NCBI RefSeq assembly: GCF_037042905.1 | Contig: NC_087252.1 | Coordinates: 8,000,001-8,060,000, forward strand | DNA length: 60,000 nucleotides | Reading direction: 5' to 3' | DNA from: Lytechinus pictus | Lineage: Eukaryota | The notes under the pieces: generated by a model | Seen by the model: only the letters and a program-made list of their open reading frames with translations | The model's database searches: none | What the model was told of the DNA's origin: nothing | Made by a program: the position numbers and the translations under genes | In this document: positions 24,859 to 37,578 of the stretch, piece after piece | How positions within the stretch are numbered: position 1 is the first letter of the stretch | Layout of the letters: each line of letters begins with the position of its first letter

Positions 24859-26128
24859 TCGTCTTTATAGGGGAGATAATTTATGCTTGTCTTTACTTTT
24901 TTATAAGGATTCACCCTTCTCCGTTTTCTATGCATTTGATTGAATGAATTGACCCTCCATTATTCGGCTCAATCTTTGTCTACATTATTATAGAGCCCCT
25001 ACCCCTTTTAATTTGTCATTTATTTTCTTCTTTCTCATAAATGTTATCCTTTATTTTTATCTCTGACAGCATCAACCCCTCTTTTATCCTACTTTTAATA
25101 TGGACTCTCTTTTTTTACTTCGGATTATAGTTTCCCTCTCTCCTACACCGTTAACTCTTTTCTTACTTTCTTACACCGTCATACATTGTTATTTTTAATT
25201 CTCTCATGTCTCTTCGCTATACATAGTCCATACTCAACTTCAACTTACTCACACGGAATGTTTTCTTTATTCTTTTCTCCACACCGTACTTTTTTCTGAT
25301 ACACATCTATATAAGCATACCTCACAACTTTCCTGTAAAAATCATCCCCTTTTGTCCCCTCATCTTCTTCGCCACTTTTATCACGCATGTAACAGTAATC
25401 TTGTATTCGTTTTCTCTCGTACACTCTATATGAGGATTACATTCAAGGAAAACAACGGTGCAATAAATACAATAAGATAGAAGAAAGGTATTCAATGTAA
25501 TAAGTTGAAAGTTTTAATCATATGTAAATAAAACATCGTTTGTCAATTAATTTTCTTGTTCTTCACACTGTGTATTATTTACAAGTTTTGCAGCAAATCG
25601 AATGAAAGAAAGGAAATGAGAGCGAGAGAGAAATGAAGTGAGTGGAGAGAGTGAGAGAGAAGAAGAAAAACGATATTGAGGTAATGAAATGTCTTAAAAC
25701 TAGGGGTATAATAAACCATCAAATAAAAATATACACGTCAACCTTCTATCACTAAAAATACATGTAAAGTAATACAATCAAAATAATTGAATATGACACG
25801 TGAAAAAACTATTTCACTTATACAAATCTACTTGTCAAAGTAGTGAAAGAACGCTAAATTCATTCAAATTACTGATGATCGAAGCATGATATCAATTTGT
25901 TCATCTCGTTCATTTCTTCAATATGTTCATTTCTTCATTTTGTTCATTTCTTTATTTTGTTTATTTCTACAATCTATTCAAATTGACATAACGTCAACTC
26001 TTTTAAAGGTATGTCCTTTAGGTTCAATAAAACTCCTTAATAACTATCCTATAAACTCAATTATCAATATTTAAAATCCAAATGTTATTCTTATATACAA
26101 TACTTTTTACACATTTTACATTGCAATC

Positions 26129-27929
26129 CATACCTGCCAACCTTTGATAATAAAAAATCAGTATCAAAGTCACGAGGGCGCCGAGCGGGTCGCGCGCGAG
26201 ATGGTTTCCCCCTCCCATGGTAGGGACTCTGCATTTTCTGCATGTAAAAGTAGCATTTCCCTACCCTTTTTAAAGCAAATTTACCCTCTTAACCATACCA
26301 CAGGATGACCTACATGTAACGTTAGTCTACTTATATGTAATATAATATCATTTATCAATCAAACATTAAAACAAGGGTCTTTAAGATATCACGTTTGTGA
26401 CAAAAAAATACACCCAGTTTCATTCAGGTGTGATTTGTTTTCATTGAAATCTATATAGATTTAGGAATAATTTGATTTTGAGCATATTTTTGTAAGGCCC
26501 TCTATTGTTGGAAAGTTTCTGGAAAGATTCTCTTTTTAATCAGAAAAAAACTAATTTCAAGAATTCAATTGAGTTTTGGGCCAAGGGATATTTTGTATCA
26601 TTAATTCAGATTCAAGTTGGCCTAGCCTACTGTATTAAAAACTGAGTGCAAAAAAAGTGATGGAATCACTTGAGTGACGCTGTCATCAACTCAACATCGA
26701 CAAGCTCATTCAAGAAGGCCATTGACAGAGCTTTCTAATCCTCACCCCGCCCTCTCTCACCCGATGCGTTTATGCCCAGGAGGGCCCTGCATCGTATACA
26801 TCCAGATCCAGAACATTTATTTATCATTTATAATTATATCAAGTCTATCATATGCATCAAAATAAGCCAAACATTGTCATCTTATTCATGTTTATATTTC
26901 ACCACACAGGAGTAGTGACTGAGGACAAGGTTATATCATAACCTTTATTAGATAAGTGCTTGTTGGCATAAGAAAGCATATTTTCAGCCATGACAAAAAC
27001 GGAGCCGAAGTAATACGGCGGAATACGCCCGACCCGCACCCACCACTGCACTTGCGGTGCGCCGATGAGACTGGGAGGCTGAGGCGCTGCAACTCGGGCG
27101 CCGGGAGTTTAGGCAAGCGAAGCAAGTAGATTTGGCGTTCGGCTCCGATGGATCAACTTGACTCGAAAGTTGATAATTGCCGCTTTCTTTCTCACAAATT
27201 TGACAATTATTCGAAAAAATAAAGTACAGATCAATTTAACATTGCGTAGGGATAAACTTGAATAACTGCGGCAGAGCCTCCCGATGTGCACCGCGCGGCC
27301 GATCGGCCGGGTAAGCAGGCGCCGGTAAGCAGACTCATCAATGATATTACCAACACACTCTAGACACCAGTACACGACTCATTCACTAACTCATTCCACA
27401 ATACAAAATCATCCGGCGAAAAGAGCAAAACCTCGAATAAAAAGTGAAATTATCTTACTAAATCACCATATTTCGCGTCAAAAATATCACCATCCTTAAT
27501 TCTATACATCGTAGTTAGGAAACAAGGGGTCTAAAAAAGTGAATTTTTCACGGTTTTTCCGATGTTCGTGGATTTTGAAAACGTGTCCTCACTGAAAACT
27601 GGCACTTTCGCGAGCCGATGTCAGCCGCCATTTTGTTCCGGAAGTCAACGCTAATATCGGCCGCGCCGCTGTGGCCGCTGCTCGTAATTTTCACATGCAA
27701 TTGCAATGGAACTGTGCACTTAGCACTTAGCCGTGCGCCCCAGTTGTTTATGCGTTAGTCGTATGTTACAGCCGCTTATGCGTTAGTCGCATCATACAGT
27801 CGTTTCAATAATTTCAACACTATATTGATTGACCTAAAAATCGGAATTTTGGTTTAAAAATTCGGAATTCGGAATGGAGGCTAAAAAATCGGTATAATTC
27901 CGCCAAAATCGGAATGGTTGGCAGGTATG
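26129..27929. mobile_element. 1.8-kb non-autonomous TIR element nested in the Polinton (superfamily unassigned)
   Basis: Perfect 14-bp TIR CATACCTGCCAACC / GGTTGGCAGGTATG; flanks GCAATC / CCAATC; TCGGAAT subterminal repeats. Confidence 0.85.
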
Positions 27930-28265
27930 CCAATCACGAAACGTTTGTTTTTCGATTCATGTACTGAATTGTCTTTACCAAAAAGACGACATAAATCATA
28001 AAATTATTGTTTTACGATCCTGTAAATAAATCCATCATTTCTATATACAACGTCCATTCAAGTTACTCAAACATTTTGGAAAATAAAAGTTTGTGTATAG
28101 TTTGATTCTTAAGATATTTATCAATATGACTTTTAAAATACTGTAGATGAAATGAGACCGATTAAACATACGAATATAAACACGTTATTTAAATACTATC
28201 TTCATTAAAATCAAACTATGTACCGAGGTTTCGTGTCTGTATTCTAACCATGTGTAAAAAGACTT

Positions 28266-28999
28266 TTAAAATGGTACCCAATTTAGAGATCGAGGACTTT
28301 TCAACTGATTTTTATTTCGTTTAGATCTCTTGATAGGGGATTTAGATGGTAAAGGAGAAGACACACCCGGGGCTGGTATAGAATTGATTGGCTCCATCCC
28401 ATGTTTTAATCGCTGGAGTTCGCCCCTCCTCTGGGGTTGCTGACGACGGTGTCGGGAAGATTCATCCTGGCCAAGCCTCGAATAAAATGTTCACTGCCAC
28501 TCGGTGTGTAACCACGACGTTCTCTGAATAAGTCATAGACCAGGTCACATATGTTTGTACCCGCCATGCGTTGATCGTTTAGAGTGAGTTCACCGTGTTC
28601 TGTCCATCCTATATCGTTATGCTGTTTCATTTTTTCTAAGAGTTGTTTTGCTCTTTTCACGTAAAGTTTCGGCACATGGTGTAATATGTCACGCTCTATG
28701 GCATTCTCCTCTTTCAAAACAGGTAACGTGTTCGGTCCTGGACTGGACGGTGACTGATGAATATCTTTCAGTTCTATGGAGAGGGGCTGTTTGAGAGTGT
28801 CTGTGGCGTGAAGATACTGACGTAGGTATTGGGAATAAAGTTGAGCTTTACCGTATATATCAAGATCGTCTCTGTCAAGAACCGTTTTTATTTGTTCATC
28901 TAAGGCGTTGACTTGACTCTCTTTCACGGTTGGTTGTGGAGTTTGCAAATTTCGTAAAGTTTCTTGGGGCACCAACACCATTTTTCGTGTGTTTTCCAT
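28266..28999 (-). CDS. conserved Polinton hypothetical protein, probably frameshifted near 28420
   Basis: KMVLVP N-terminus and IGWTEHGEL..GTNICDL motif; a second frame continues to ..SLNWVPF stop at 28266. Confidence 0.7.
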
Positions 29000-29011
29000 G
29001 CGTATTTGATG

Positions 29012-29359
29012 TTATTTTCCACGTGGGGTAACAATGTTCGCAAGAGCTCCCAAAACAGGACCAACTAATCGAGAAAGGAGAGGTATAAAGAAACCTCCCC
29101 GTTGTGTGATGATTCTTTTTCTTTCCTTCAGAGATGTTTTTCGATCTGCTAGTTTTCGTAGATGATGTTTATGTTTGGACAGTGTTCGTTTATGGTTGGC
29201 AGAAAGTTTTACGTTCCCCCGAAGCACGTTAAATACACATTCACAGATGGCGTCGATGAGCCCGTGGTCCGCAGTTTTCAAAAGTTGACGTCGCTGTTTC
29301 GCTGAACAATGTGCCAATGTCTTTAGGAGAACCGCGTGGGTCCGAACACGTCGAGACAT
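29012..29359 (-). CDS. small conserved Polinton virion protein with QRGG site followed by a hydrophobic helix
   Basis: LIDAICECVFNVLRGNVKLS..QRGG|FFIPLLSRLVGPVLGAL; adjacent to the ATPase. Confidence 0.75.
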   Translation of the reverse strand: MSRRVRTHAVLLKTLAHCSAKQRRQLLKTADHGLIDAICECVFNVLRGNVKLSANHKRTLSKHKHHLRKLADRKTSLKERKRIITQRGGFFIPLLSRLVGPVLGALANIVTPRGK

Positions 29360-29398
29360 CGTTATCGAACTAAATCATGCAGACAGTTTGTAGCTTTT

Positions 29399-30037
29399 TT
29401 ATACTTTTGGAACGTAGGCAAATTGGGTCTCTCCTGGAAAAATGTTCGTGCGAAGGCGAAATTCCTCGGGTGTGTCTGGTTTGAGGTCTACAAACAAATA
29501 ACCCCATTTACCTTTTGTCGCATCGTTATATGCTTCTTGAAAAAATTTAGTACGTCTTGGATACATTTGTTTTCCTAGACACGTTATTTGTAATTTGTCC
29601 CTACAATTTTTAAAAAGACAATAATATTGTGTATTCAGTGATATTGTCCTCGATTCTTTACCACGGTGAAATAAATTCTGGGTTATGTAAATGACACTAA
29701 CGTTTCTATGGTGACAACCCTTTGTAAACAAAGCAGCTACTCTCTTGTCGTCTGCGGCAGTATCCATCAAGTCATCTATGACAAATAAGGTCGACCTTTC
29801 GGACGATGTAAAATCATTGAAATCATTCAGTAAATTTTCATAAAACTCTATGTTTGGAATGGATGCACGCATTTGCGAATAACAGGCTTGGTATTAGCCA
29901 TAAAACCACATTCTTTTCGGTGGTGGATAGATCATTTTGGAGGCATTTTCAAGAAGTTTTTTCACAAATTGTGTTTTACCAGAAAAGCTTGGTCCCACCA
30001 CCATACAAGAAAAACCGTGTTTTAGACGTGCGTCCAT
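29399..30037 (-). pseudogene. A32/FtsK-like genome packaging ATPase with premature stop
   Basis: ATG at 30037; Walker A GPSFSGKT; in-frame TAA at 29894-29896; Walker B LFVIDDLM; HHRNVSVIYITQNLF. Confidence 0.92.
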
Positions 30038-30245
30038 TATATTTATATAGGTATGCTAAAACAATATGAAAATGTAAATCGTAACTTCAGTAAGTGAGCG
30101 TGAATTGAGAGATGTGGGTAACATATACTCTACACAAAATGAAATAACATTATACCGTATATAAGGAGATCCTGGTATCACTAAAAAAACATTTCATAAC
30201 GTAAATGAAATTACGTAGATTGATATATATGACGATCATAGGTCT

Positions 30246-30470
30246 TCAAAATTCTGTGACAGAACTGAGGTACTCAGTAGGATTCGTTCTATTTAAATAG
30301 TTTGAAGACCCTGCCATGTCACCCGTTTCCTCAAACACCAACGATTCGAGGAAGCATGATACAATAATAGTACATATAAATAGAATAAAGACCAATACTT
30401 GCGATGTAGAATTAATTCGCATTCTTTTAAACATTTTTTGTACGTTTGAAGAAATGGTATCGTCCCCCAT
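30246..30470 (-). CDS. small putative single-pass membrane protein
   Basis: MGDDTISS..QVLVFILFICTIIVSCFL hydrophobic helix, between pPolB and ATPase. Confidence 0.45.
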   Translation of the reverse strand: MGDDTISSNVQKMFKRMRINSTSQVLVFILFICTIIVSCFLESLVFEETGDMAGSSNYLNRTNPTEYLSSVTEF

Positions 30471-30555
30471 AATGATAAAAATCGTTATTTCAGATAATGT
30501 TATCGAGACGAAGGTTGACAACTATACTGGCTTTCCATGTGAAAATACACCGTAT

Positions 30556-33500
30556 TTATAAGGGATGTTCTGTTGATGGAACATCTTTGTGACCATAGGG
30601 TAACGTGTTTTCATCTTGAAGACGGACCCTTTTCGTGAACACAACTCTGTAATCCTTTTTTGAGTCAACAGTGTGAATTGTTTTGGATTTCCCATCTCTT
30701 ATAATTCTTTTTTCTTTGATCGTTATTGATTCACCAGGCTCACCTTGAATCAATTCTTTGAGGCTATCATGGTTGATTACCATGGAGTTTGCGGCATTTA
30801 AGGTAAAACCCCTCACTTTGCAGACGGTGTTACCTTTATTGGTCCGATAACTATAATTCTTCGGACCACCGCATAGCCAAGTTTGGATGTATTCCTGATG
30901 ATTGGGATCTATCTCATCAGTAAGATCACCAAGGTAGTCCCCGGTTTTGGGATCATTGTGTTCATGAGTAGGATCCGTCCTGAAGACGACACTATCGGTA
31001 TCCATGTACAATACCCTATCACCTAATTGTTCTAATACAGAATACAGTTTGAGTCGCGCTAGTGCAGTCGTGAAACTGGCTATCACGATGTTGGTATTTA
31101 AGTTCTGCGTAACGAATCCCGTTGCCTGTGTGTAATGCAGCTCGATGGAGTCTTCGTTATGGACGATCAAATCTTTAACTAAAGTATTTTAACAATTCAT
31201 CCGTAGTTTTCACAAACACCGTTTTCTTCATGTTTTCCCTTTCTGCAAATTTACCCCAAAGGACATTGAGATTGTTTTTCGCTATAGCCCTCAAACCAGG
31301 ATTTTTGGTTATCTTAGCGGGATCGAGTAGAATACCTTCGTGAGTGAAGTAATCTTTGACATACTTTTCACGATCTTCGGGGGTTTTCACGTGGGCGGGG
31401 TAACCCGAAGACGCCTGTTTGATACGCATGAATGCATCGATGTATGAAGAGAAAAGTCCTCCAGTCCGTGTGGTCTTATCATAGACAGTAAATCGATCGT
31501 AATGCCAAACTTCAATCATCTTTAAATTGGTATAACCAATCTCTACAGCCTTTTTTAGCTCTTCACTAACCCAGACGCCTTCCAACTCTCTTTCCCTATC
31601 TGAATGATTACACTTTTGTTGATTCAATGAATCTGCGCACGATCGACAGAGGGGAAATGTAAGCTTACCACCACACCTGTAAGGTAGCACGGGGTGGTAG
31701 AGATCATTCGGGGGTGTGATTTTGCATTTTACCAAACCGTAAATACGGTCGAGGGATGGAAATTTAGACAAAATAATCCTTGGATGACCTAGAGGGTATT
31801 TTGAGAATTTATTTATGTAAGGATATAAACTTGTGAAATCATAGTACAGAATTCTTTCTCCTGGTTTGGCTTCGTAAAACAACGAACATCCATCAGTGCG
31901 CCCCCCAAAAAATGACTCTCGGGGATTGAGGGGGTGTTGGAACGTGTCTTTAAGATGTTTGACTAGTTCTAGTACTTCGGGTTTTTCCCTTTCTAGTTTC
32001 CATTCATGACCCCATGTATGATGGACGATGTATCCAGCATTTCGCAGGAGGTCCATTCTACACATGGCTTCCTTGTACAAATCCCTCATTGTCTTTCCTA
32101 CCATCAAATTCATTTGTTCATCGTTTACGAAACATTTTGGGCACCCATGATAAAAACAACCAAAAAATTCCCACACATGTTTTTCTTCCCTCATTTCGCA
32201 GTATCCGTCGACATATCTCCCGTGCACCATACGTTCTCCCCCATTGAAAGCATGTTGTATGTCTATGCCTTTGGTTATGGCTTCGTGATGGAGCCATTCC
32301 CCCGCACTGATCGATTGTTTTTTCGCACTGGTGTAACCATCCTGTGGAATTAAACCAATTTTACCTGGTTGTAGGTAATTGGTTCTATAGAGTAGGTTGC
32401 AAGCGCTGGGTAGTGTAAGAGATTTCAGAAAAGGGTCAATGCCTTTTGGGATTAGTCGGAGTAGTCGTGAGTGCTTTAAAGTGACCGCGGAACACTTTGC
32501 AACTTTGATGTAATATCTGCACGTCACTGATGCAATACTCACGCAATTCCTTCTTCATATCAAATACATAGCCCTCTTCTTTCAGTTCATGGTACCATGC
32601 GGAGAAGGCTGCCTGATCCCTTTTCATCATACTGTCAAACCCATAGTACATTTTGTCAGGCAGGGGACCAATGTAGTTGGCATTATCGCGCTTGTTAAAA
32701 AAATGGGGGAAGTACCCCTTCTTTAGTTCTTTCAGTCCGAACGTTTTCGGTAATTTACCAAGCGCCATCTGAAAAAAATTCAATGAATCTTTGATCACGA
32801 TACTAGGGTCTGATGTTTTGAGTTGGATGATTTTACCACCGTTCAAGATGACCTGAGGTGTAATGCCTTTGGAAACCAAATGGTTGAGCAAGAAATAGGT
32901 ATCGTACGCCTTGGCATTGTGAGCAATGGCGATTGAATGATCGTTATCTTCGCTAAATAACCACAAAGAAAAGTTACTTAATGTATCATCGCCTTCGAAT
33001 GTAATTTGCCTACTTTCAGGTGGACCACAACGCGAACAATTGGGGTTAGGACTGTCGTCATCCATACATCGAGTACACTCCCATGACGCATGCACAAAAT
33101 TTGGTACGTGTAACCCTGTTTCCTGGGTACACTCGAAGTCAAAAAAGATGTATTTCTTTACAGGAGGCTCTTTCTCTTTCTTATCGGTTTTTGATGATTG
33201 GGAATTGACCTCTTCGGGTGTTTAATTCTTTTTTGATTTGTTGTTCACGTAATATGGACTCTCTTTGGTCACCTTCATGTAACACTTATGAACCCTACCA
33301 TCTACATACTCTTTACAGGTTTTACAGTAAATGTCTGAACAGTTATGATTTTGGGGGTCCCCATCGAGCGCATCCAAATCAAAGACTCGTTCACAGTCAC
33401 GGCATTTGAATCTACGTTGACACGCCGTTTGACCTTCGAATAAAGTAACACTATGAAGTTCGAAACAGAGTTCTGTAATGAATGTGATTCCACACTTTTT

Positions 33501-35070
33501 ACACACTATGGGAGATGTGTGCCCGTCATGAAATTTACCGCGATCGCAAGTTGTCGATTGACAATCGATACACATACGACAACACTCGTGATAGCGTGGA
33601 TCGCGGTAAGTTTCATGACACTCGTCACAGAAATGGAAAGCACACAAAAACGCCTCGGGATTCGTTACGACATTGTAGTGCTTGTTTGTAAGATAGAGGT
33701 AAACGGGTGTTCCCTTTGTTGGACCCGCATATATCAACGCCTCACTTCGTCTACCCCTATAGATCATCAATCGGTATTTTGGAGACAACACTTTCTGGAA
33801 AGCGTCAAATTGCGTTGAATCCACAATACCTGGTTCTATGCCAGCTTTCACATGCAATTCTTTTGCCATTTTGAGCAACTGTTTGCTGGGAGGTCGTTGC
33901 TTGTTTCTAGTCCATGTACGGTATCTCCCATCCTTTTCCGCATGCAATTGAGCAATAACCACTGCTTTGGCAAAACACATGTTATCAGTGGCAGGCGGTA
34001 TCGTTATAATCGAACGCTTTTTCAATGCAGCCATTTTGGATTCGATACCGTCGAACTTTCTAGCACGACCTCCCGCAGGGTTTACTACATGGTGTACACG
34101 GATCGTAAATCCACACTCTAAGAAAAAGTGCTGATTACTATTCAACACCTCTTCGATACGTGCAAGTATAAGTTCGATATCAAAATCCCTCACCAAGGCC
34201 CAGGGAAATGCTATAGGTATAGTCAATTGTTCAGAGACAAGAACGAGACGAATGTAATCCCGAGGTTCTGCATCTTTCAGTATGGTACGTTTTAGTTTTT
34301 CGAGGGAAGACCGGATATTATCAAAGACTTTTTCGATTGAGACGTTCTTTTCTACTTATACTTTTATAATCGTACCACACCTCCCGAACACCAAATCGTT
34401 TGGAGATCCTTTGATCTACATATTCCCATTCGGGGGTGGAAGATAGTTCAGGTGGGGTAGAAAAGGGTTCGCCAAAAGATTCATCATCAAGCTCCTTTTC
34501 AGAGTCTGACATGACTTGACTTTCATTGTGACGATTGGTTTTGGTTTTTCTTTTACCTCCCTGTTTTTCAACATTTTTTCTGTTTGTAACCTCTTCTTGT
34601 TTCTTGTTTTTTCTAGCGATACTTTCCATCTCGTTCTCATCTCTATGTTTTCTCTTCTGCCCACCCACCTGAAACGACGGACACGTGTCCATGTCTTCCT
34701 CGTCTGAGGATGCATAGTAGTTAACATGCGGTGGGGGTGGAGAATTTGGTTCGTAGCTAGTCCCTTGACCCTGGTGATGGGATGGCCCTGAAACATCTTG
34801 TACGTTTACATTACCCACATCTCTCGATTTATCCCTAACAGTACATTCAGAATTGACTTCACGCTCACTTACCTCGTTTCGATTGACGCTATTCGAAGAT
34901 GATGATGGTACTGCTAGACGAAAAAGTTCTTGCACATTGTTCACCGTCTTCTCAACCGTAGCTTGTAGTTGAGAAGAAGTCAGTGGATAAAGGGTTGTCA
35001 GTAAATTTTGGAGACTATGACGAAAGTTCCTAGAACGTTGGGATTCAGAATTGGAGTCTTGCGAAGACAT
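30556..35070 (-). pseudogene. protein-primed family B DNA polymerase (~1500 aa) split by about four frameshifts
   Basis: Exonuclease motifs FFDFECTQ, AHNAKAYD, YCISDV; polymerase motifs YYDFTSLYP, KNNLNVLWGKF, YMDTDS; breaks near 34335, 33225, 32445 and 31175. Confidence 0.95.
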
Positions 35071-35419
35071 GTTAGGAAATATAGTTATAAAAAAAGGACA
35101 GCGTGGATATCGGGTTACAAGCAATACAGACAGTAAACGATACCTCGGTAAATGACCTGCGGTGTGAGATGTCTTGCTTTTATAACACCAAACAAAACCT
35201 TTGCAAACAAGTCCACGCCCAAGTCAAAGAATAAGCTCCCTATTGTTTCATATTTTACTGCTTTAATCGTAACGGCTTACCAATATTTACATCCCATTGA
35301 CTCAATTACATTGACTTCACGTCTAAACACTCCCTTCTTTACGGGTACAACGATGAACTTTTCTTTATGTTTTGTTCGAAAGTTAAAATCCCTGATGAAA
35401 AGAAAAAAATTCTATTTAA

Positions 35420-35580
35420 TACCTTGGTCACATTGTTCTACGGCGGCCGTACGGCGAGTCGAAAACAGCCGTTTTAACATTTGTTTGTACCAGCTACATA
35501 TAGGTGTTTGAGTAAAAATGAACAAAACGGCTGTTTTCGACTCGCCGTACGGCCGCCGTAGAGCAAATGTGACCGTGGTA
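35420..35580. mobile_element. 161-bp foldback MITE with TAA TSD (PIF/Harbinger-like)
   Basis: ~55-bp inverted arms TACCTTGGTCACAT..AGCCGTTTT / AAAACGGCT..ATGTGACCGTGGTA; TAA on both sides. Confidence 0.8.
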
Positions 35581-35952
35581 TAAGTCTGTACATCTAATTT
35601 AACGAGGATCTTCCATCCATTGAAATCGCTCAGACCTCTCGTCTCGGCCCTCCCTTCTTAAACACAAGCATACAATCTTGCGTGGATCAACTTCTCGCTG
35701 TGTATTGTTTCATGGAAAGTTAAAATCAATGGTGAAAAGAAGATTTTTCTATTAAAGTCTGTACTTTTAATTGAACGAGGATAAGGACATCTTCTATCCA
35801 TTGACAAGCTCAGACCTCTCGTCTGGACCCTGCCTTATTCTCCCGTTCAGTAATTACGGTTATGCATTGACAGTTGTTTTAGACTTACTGGCTGAAAGAA
35901 ACAAAACTATCCGTTCAGAAATAAATTAGACATGCGATGACTATCATTCCCC

Positions 35953-36426
35953 TCACTGGCGCTTTTTATTACGCTGACGGGCTTGGTAGATACCTGCGTT
36001 GACCCTCTTTGTTACACTAAGAAGTGATTTGAAATTGTTAACCGTTAACGTTATCCCTTTCTTTGTTGGAAAATGAAGACCGTCTGAAGTATAAAACTCA
36101 CGAATGTCGACGTATACTTTTCCTTGAAAATGCCTGACTGTCACATATTTTGGCTTCTTGTCATCTCCTATATTGAATTTACATATATTCGCACCATCCA
36201 TATTTTTTGGTTCGCCGAGCTTGCCTGTGGCATTGTCTCCTGACGTCAACTTTTCCTCGGTTTTCTCTAGAACAACAGCATCACTGCCTTTATCTGTTTC
36301 AAATAAGGTTGTGTCTTTCACAGGTTCCGAATATGAAAATAAATCCATGTTTAAATCGTTTCCACAATCGTTTTCGCTAGTTGATGCTGTATGGTATGAT
36401 CTTGCAGGGTTGAAGTAGCTGTACAT
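35953..36426 (-). CDS. PC4/Sub1-family ssDNA-binding protein
   Basis: KYVTVRHFQGKVYVDIREFY..PTKKGITLT is the PC4 signature; ATG ~50 nt from the TATA box of the right TIR. Confidence 0.9.
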   Translation of the reverse strand: MYSYFNPARSYHTASTSENDCGNDLNMDLFSYSEPVKDTTLFETDKGSDAVVLEKTEEKLTSGDNATGKLGEPKNMDGANICKFNIGDDKKPKYVTVRHFQGKVYVDIREFYTSDGLHFPTKKGITLTVNNFKSLLSVTKRVNAGIYQARQRNKKRQ

Positions 36427-36472
36427 GGTTGAGGGCTCGTCACTATTCCGATGAAAAAAATGTATCCGTTAC

Positions 36473-37256
36473 CCCCTTTTATACGTTTTCTGACCCCACT
36501 ATAAAGCTGTAAGTTACTATATTTAGTTCTATCTTGACATGGTCCAGACTTGTTTGGATGTATCTTTTACTTTCTTCTTGTTTTAATGGTTATTTATGGA
36601 TATGATTTCATCGGTGTTGTGCAATTCTCTATGACGTCATTGGTTTTGCACGTTCGTTTCGCCATTTCATGACGTCACACTTGTCAGGACTTGTTGAATT
36701 CTATTTCTTTTCTTATTTCTTGTTCTGCCTGATGATATGACGTCATTTGTTTTTCATGTTTCGTCACTCTATGACGTCATTTGTTTTACGTCACACTGGT
36801 GACGTCATTTGCTTTCGATGCGTCTCAAATCTATGACGTCATTCAATAATTATTCCATATTCTTATTGTTTTAACTTTTAATCCATATTCTTATTGTTTT
36901 AACGTGTTAAGCCATGTCGCTATTGTTTAAGGTTTTAATTCATATTGCTATTGTTTTAAGGTTTTAATTCATATCGCTATTATTTTAAGGTTTTAATCCA
37001 TATCGCTATTGTTTTAAGGTATAATACATATTTCCATACTTATCGATCCATATTTCATATTTATTGATCCATATTTCATAATTCATAATCATATTTCATA
37101 TTCTTATTTCATATTTCATATTTCATAATCATATTTCATAACTTTATTAATATTTCATATTCTATTGTTGAGAACAATAGAATATTCATAATTCATATTT
37201 CTATTGTTTAGAACAATAGGGATTAGTTATGTGACAATACGTACACCTTTACTACT
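36473..37256 (-). repeat. Polinton right TIR with CRE array and TATA box
   Basis: Inverted copy of 18598-19374 with scattered substitutions and an ~18-bp extra segment near 36683-36700. Confidence 0.95.
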
Positions 37257-37578
37257 ATGGTCAATACAGACAGTAAAGTAAACCTAGAATTTTATTTTAG
37301 TGAAACTTAATGATTTAAACAGGAATACAATGTCTTGGAGTTATAATAAGCAGAGGCTCCAGGGAACTTTATCATCTGTATGTGGACAATATTGTATATA
37401 TTACTTGCTAAAACGAATGGTTTAATCGTCGTTACGAGACAACTCTTTCAGTGACAGACCCACAATTTGTTTTGATTTAAATGGCACGTTCTTTTGAAAA
37501 CTTGTAATCTCTCTCTTGCTCTCCCTTTCTCTCTTATCGTAATGGGTCTTTTATTATTATCATTTTATTAGGAGTGGG

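Larger units (their letters stand above)
18598..37256. mobile_element. full-length Polinton/Maverick (endogenous adintovirus-like element)
   Basis: Termini AGTAGT / ACTACT; identical 6-bp TSD ATGGTC at 18592-18597 and 37257-37262; long TIRs; integrase, capsids, protease, ATPase and pPolB genes. Confidence 0.98.

Noticed and set aside
24900..26128. Extra Polinton genes in the central AT-rich region
   Set aside because: Only short stop-riddled minus-strand frames were seen and no recognisable motif could be supported
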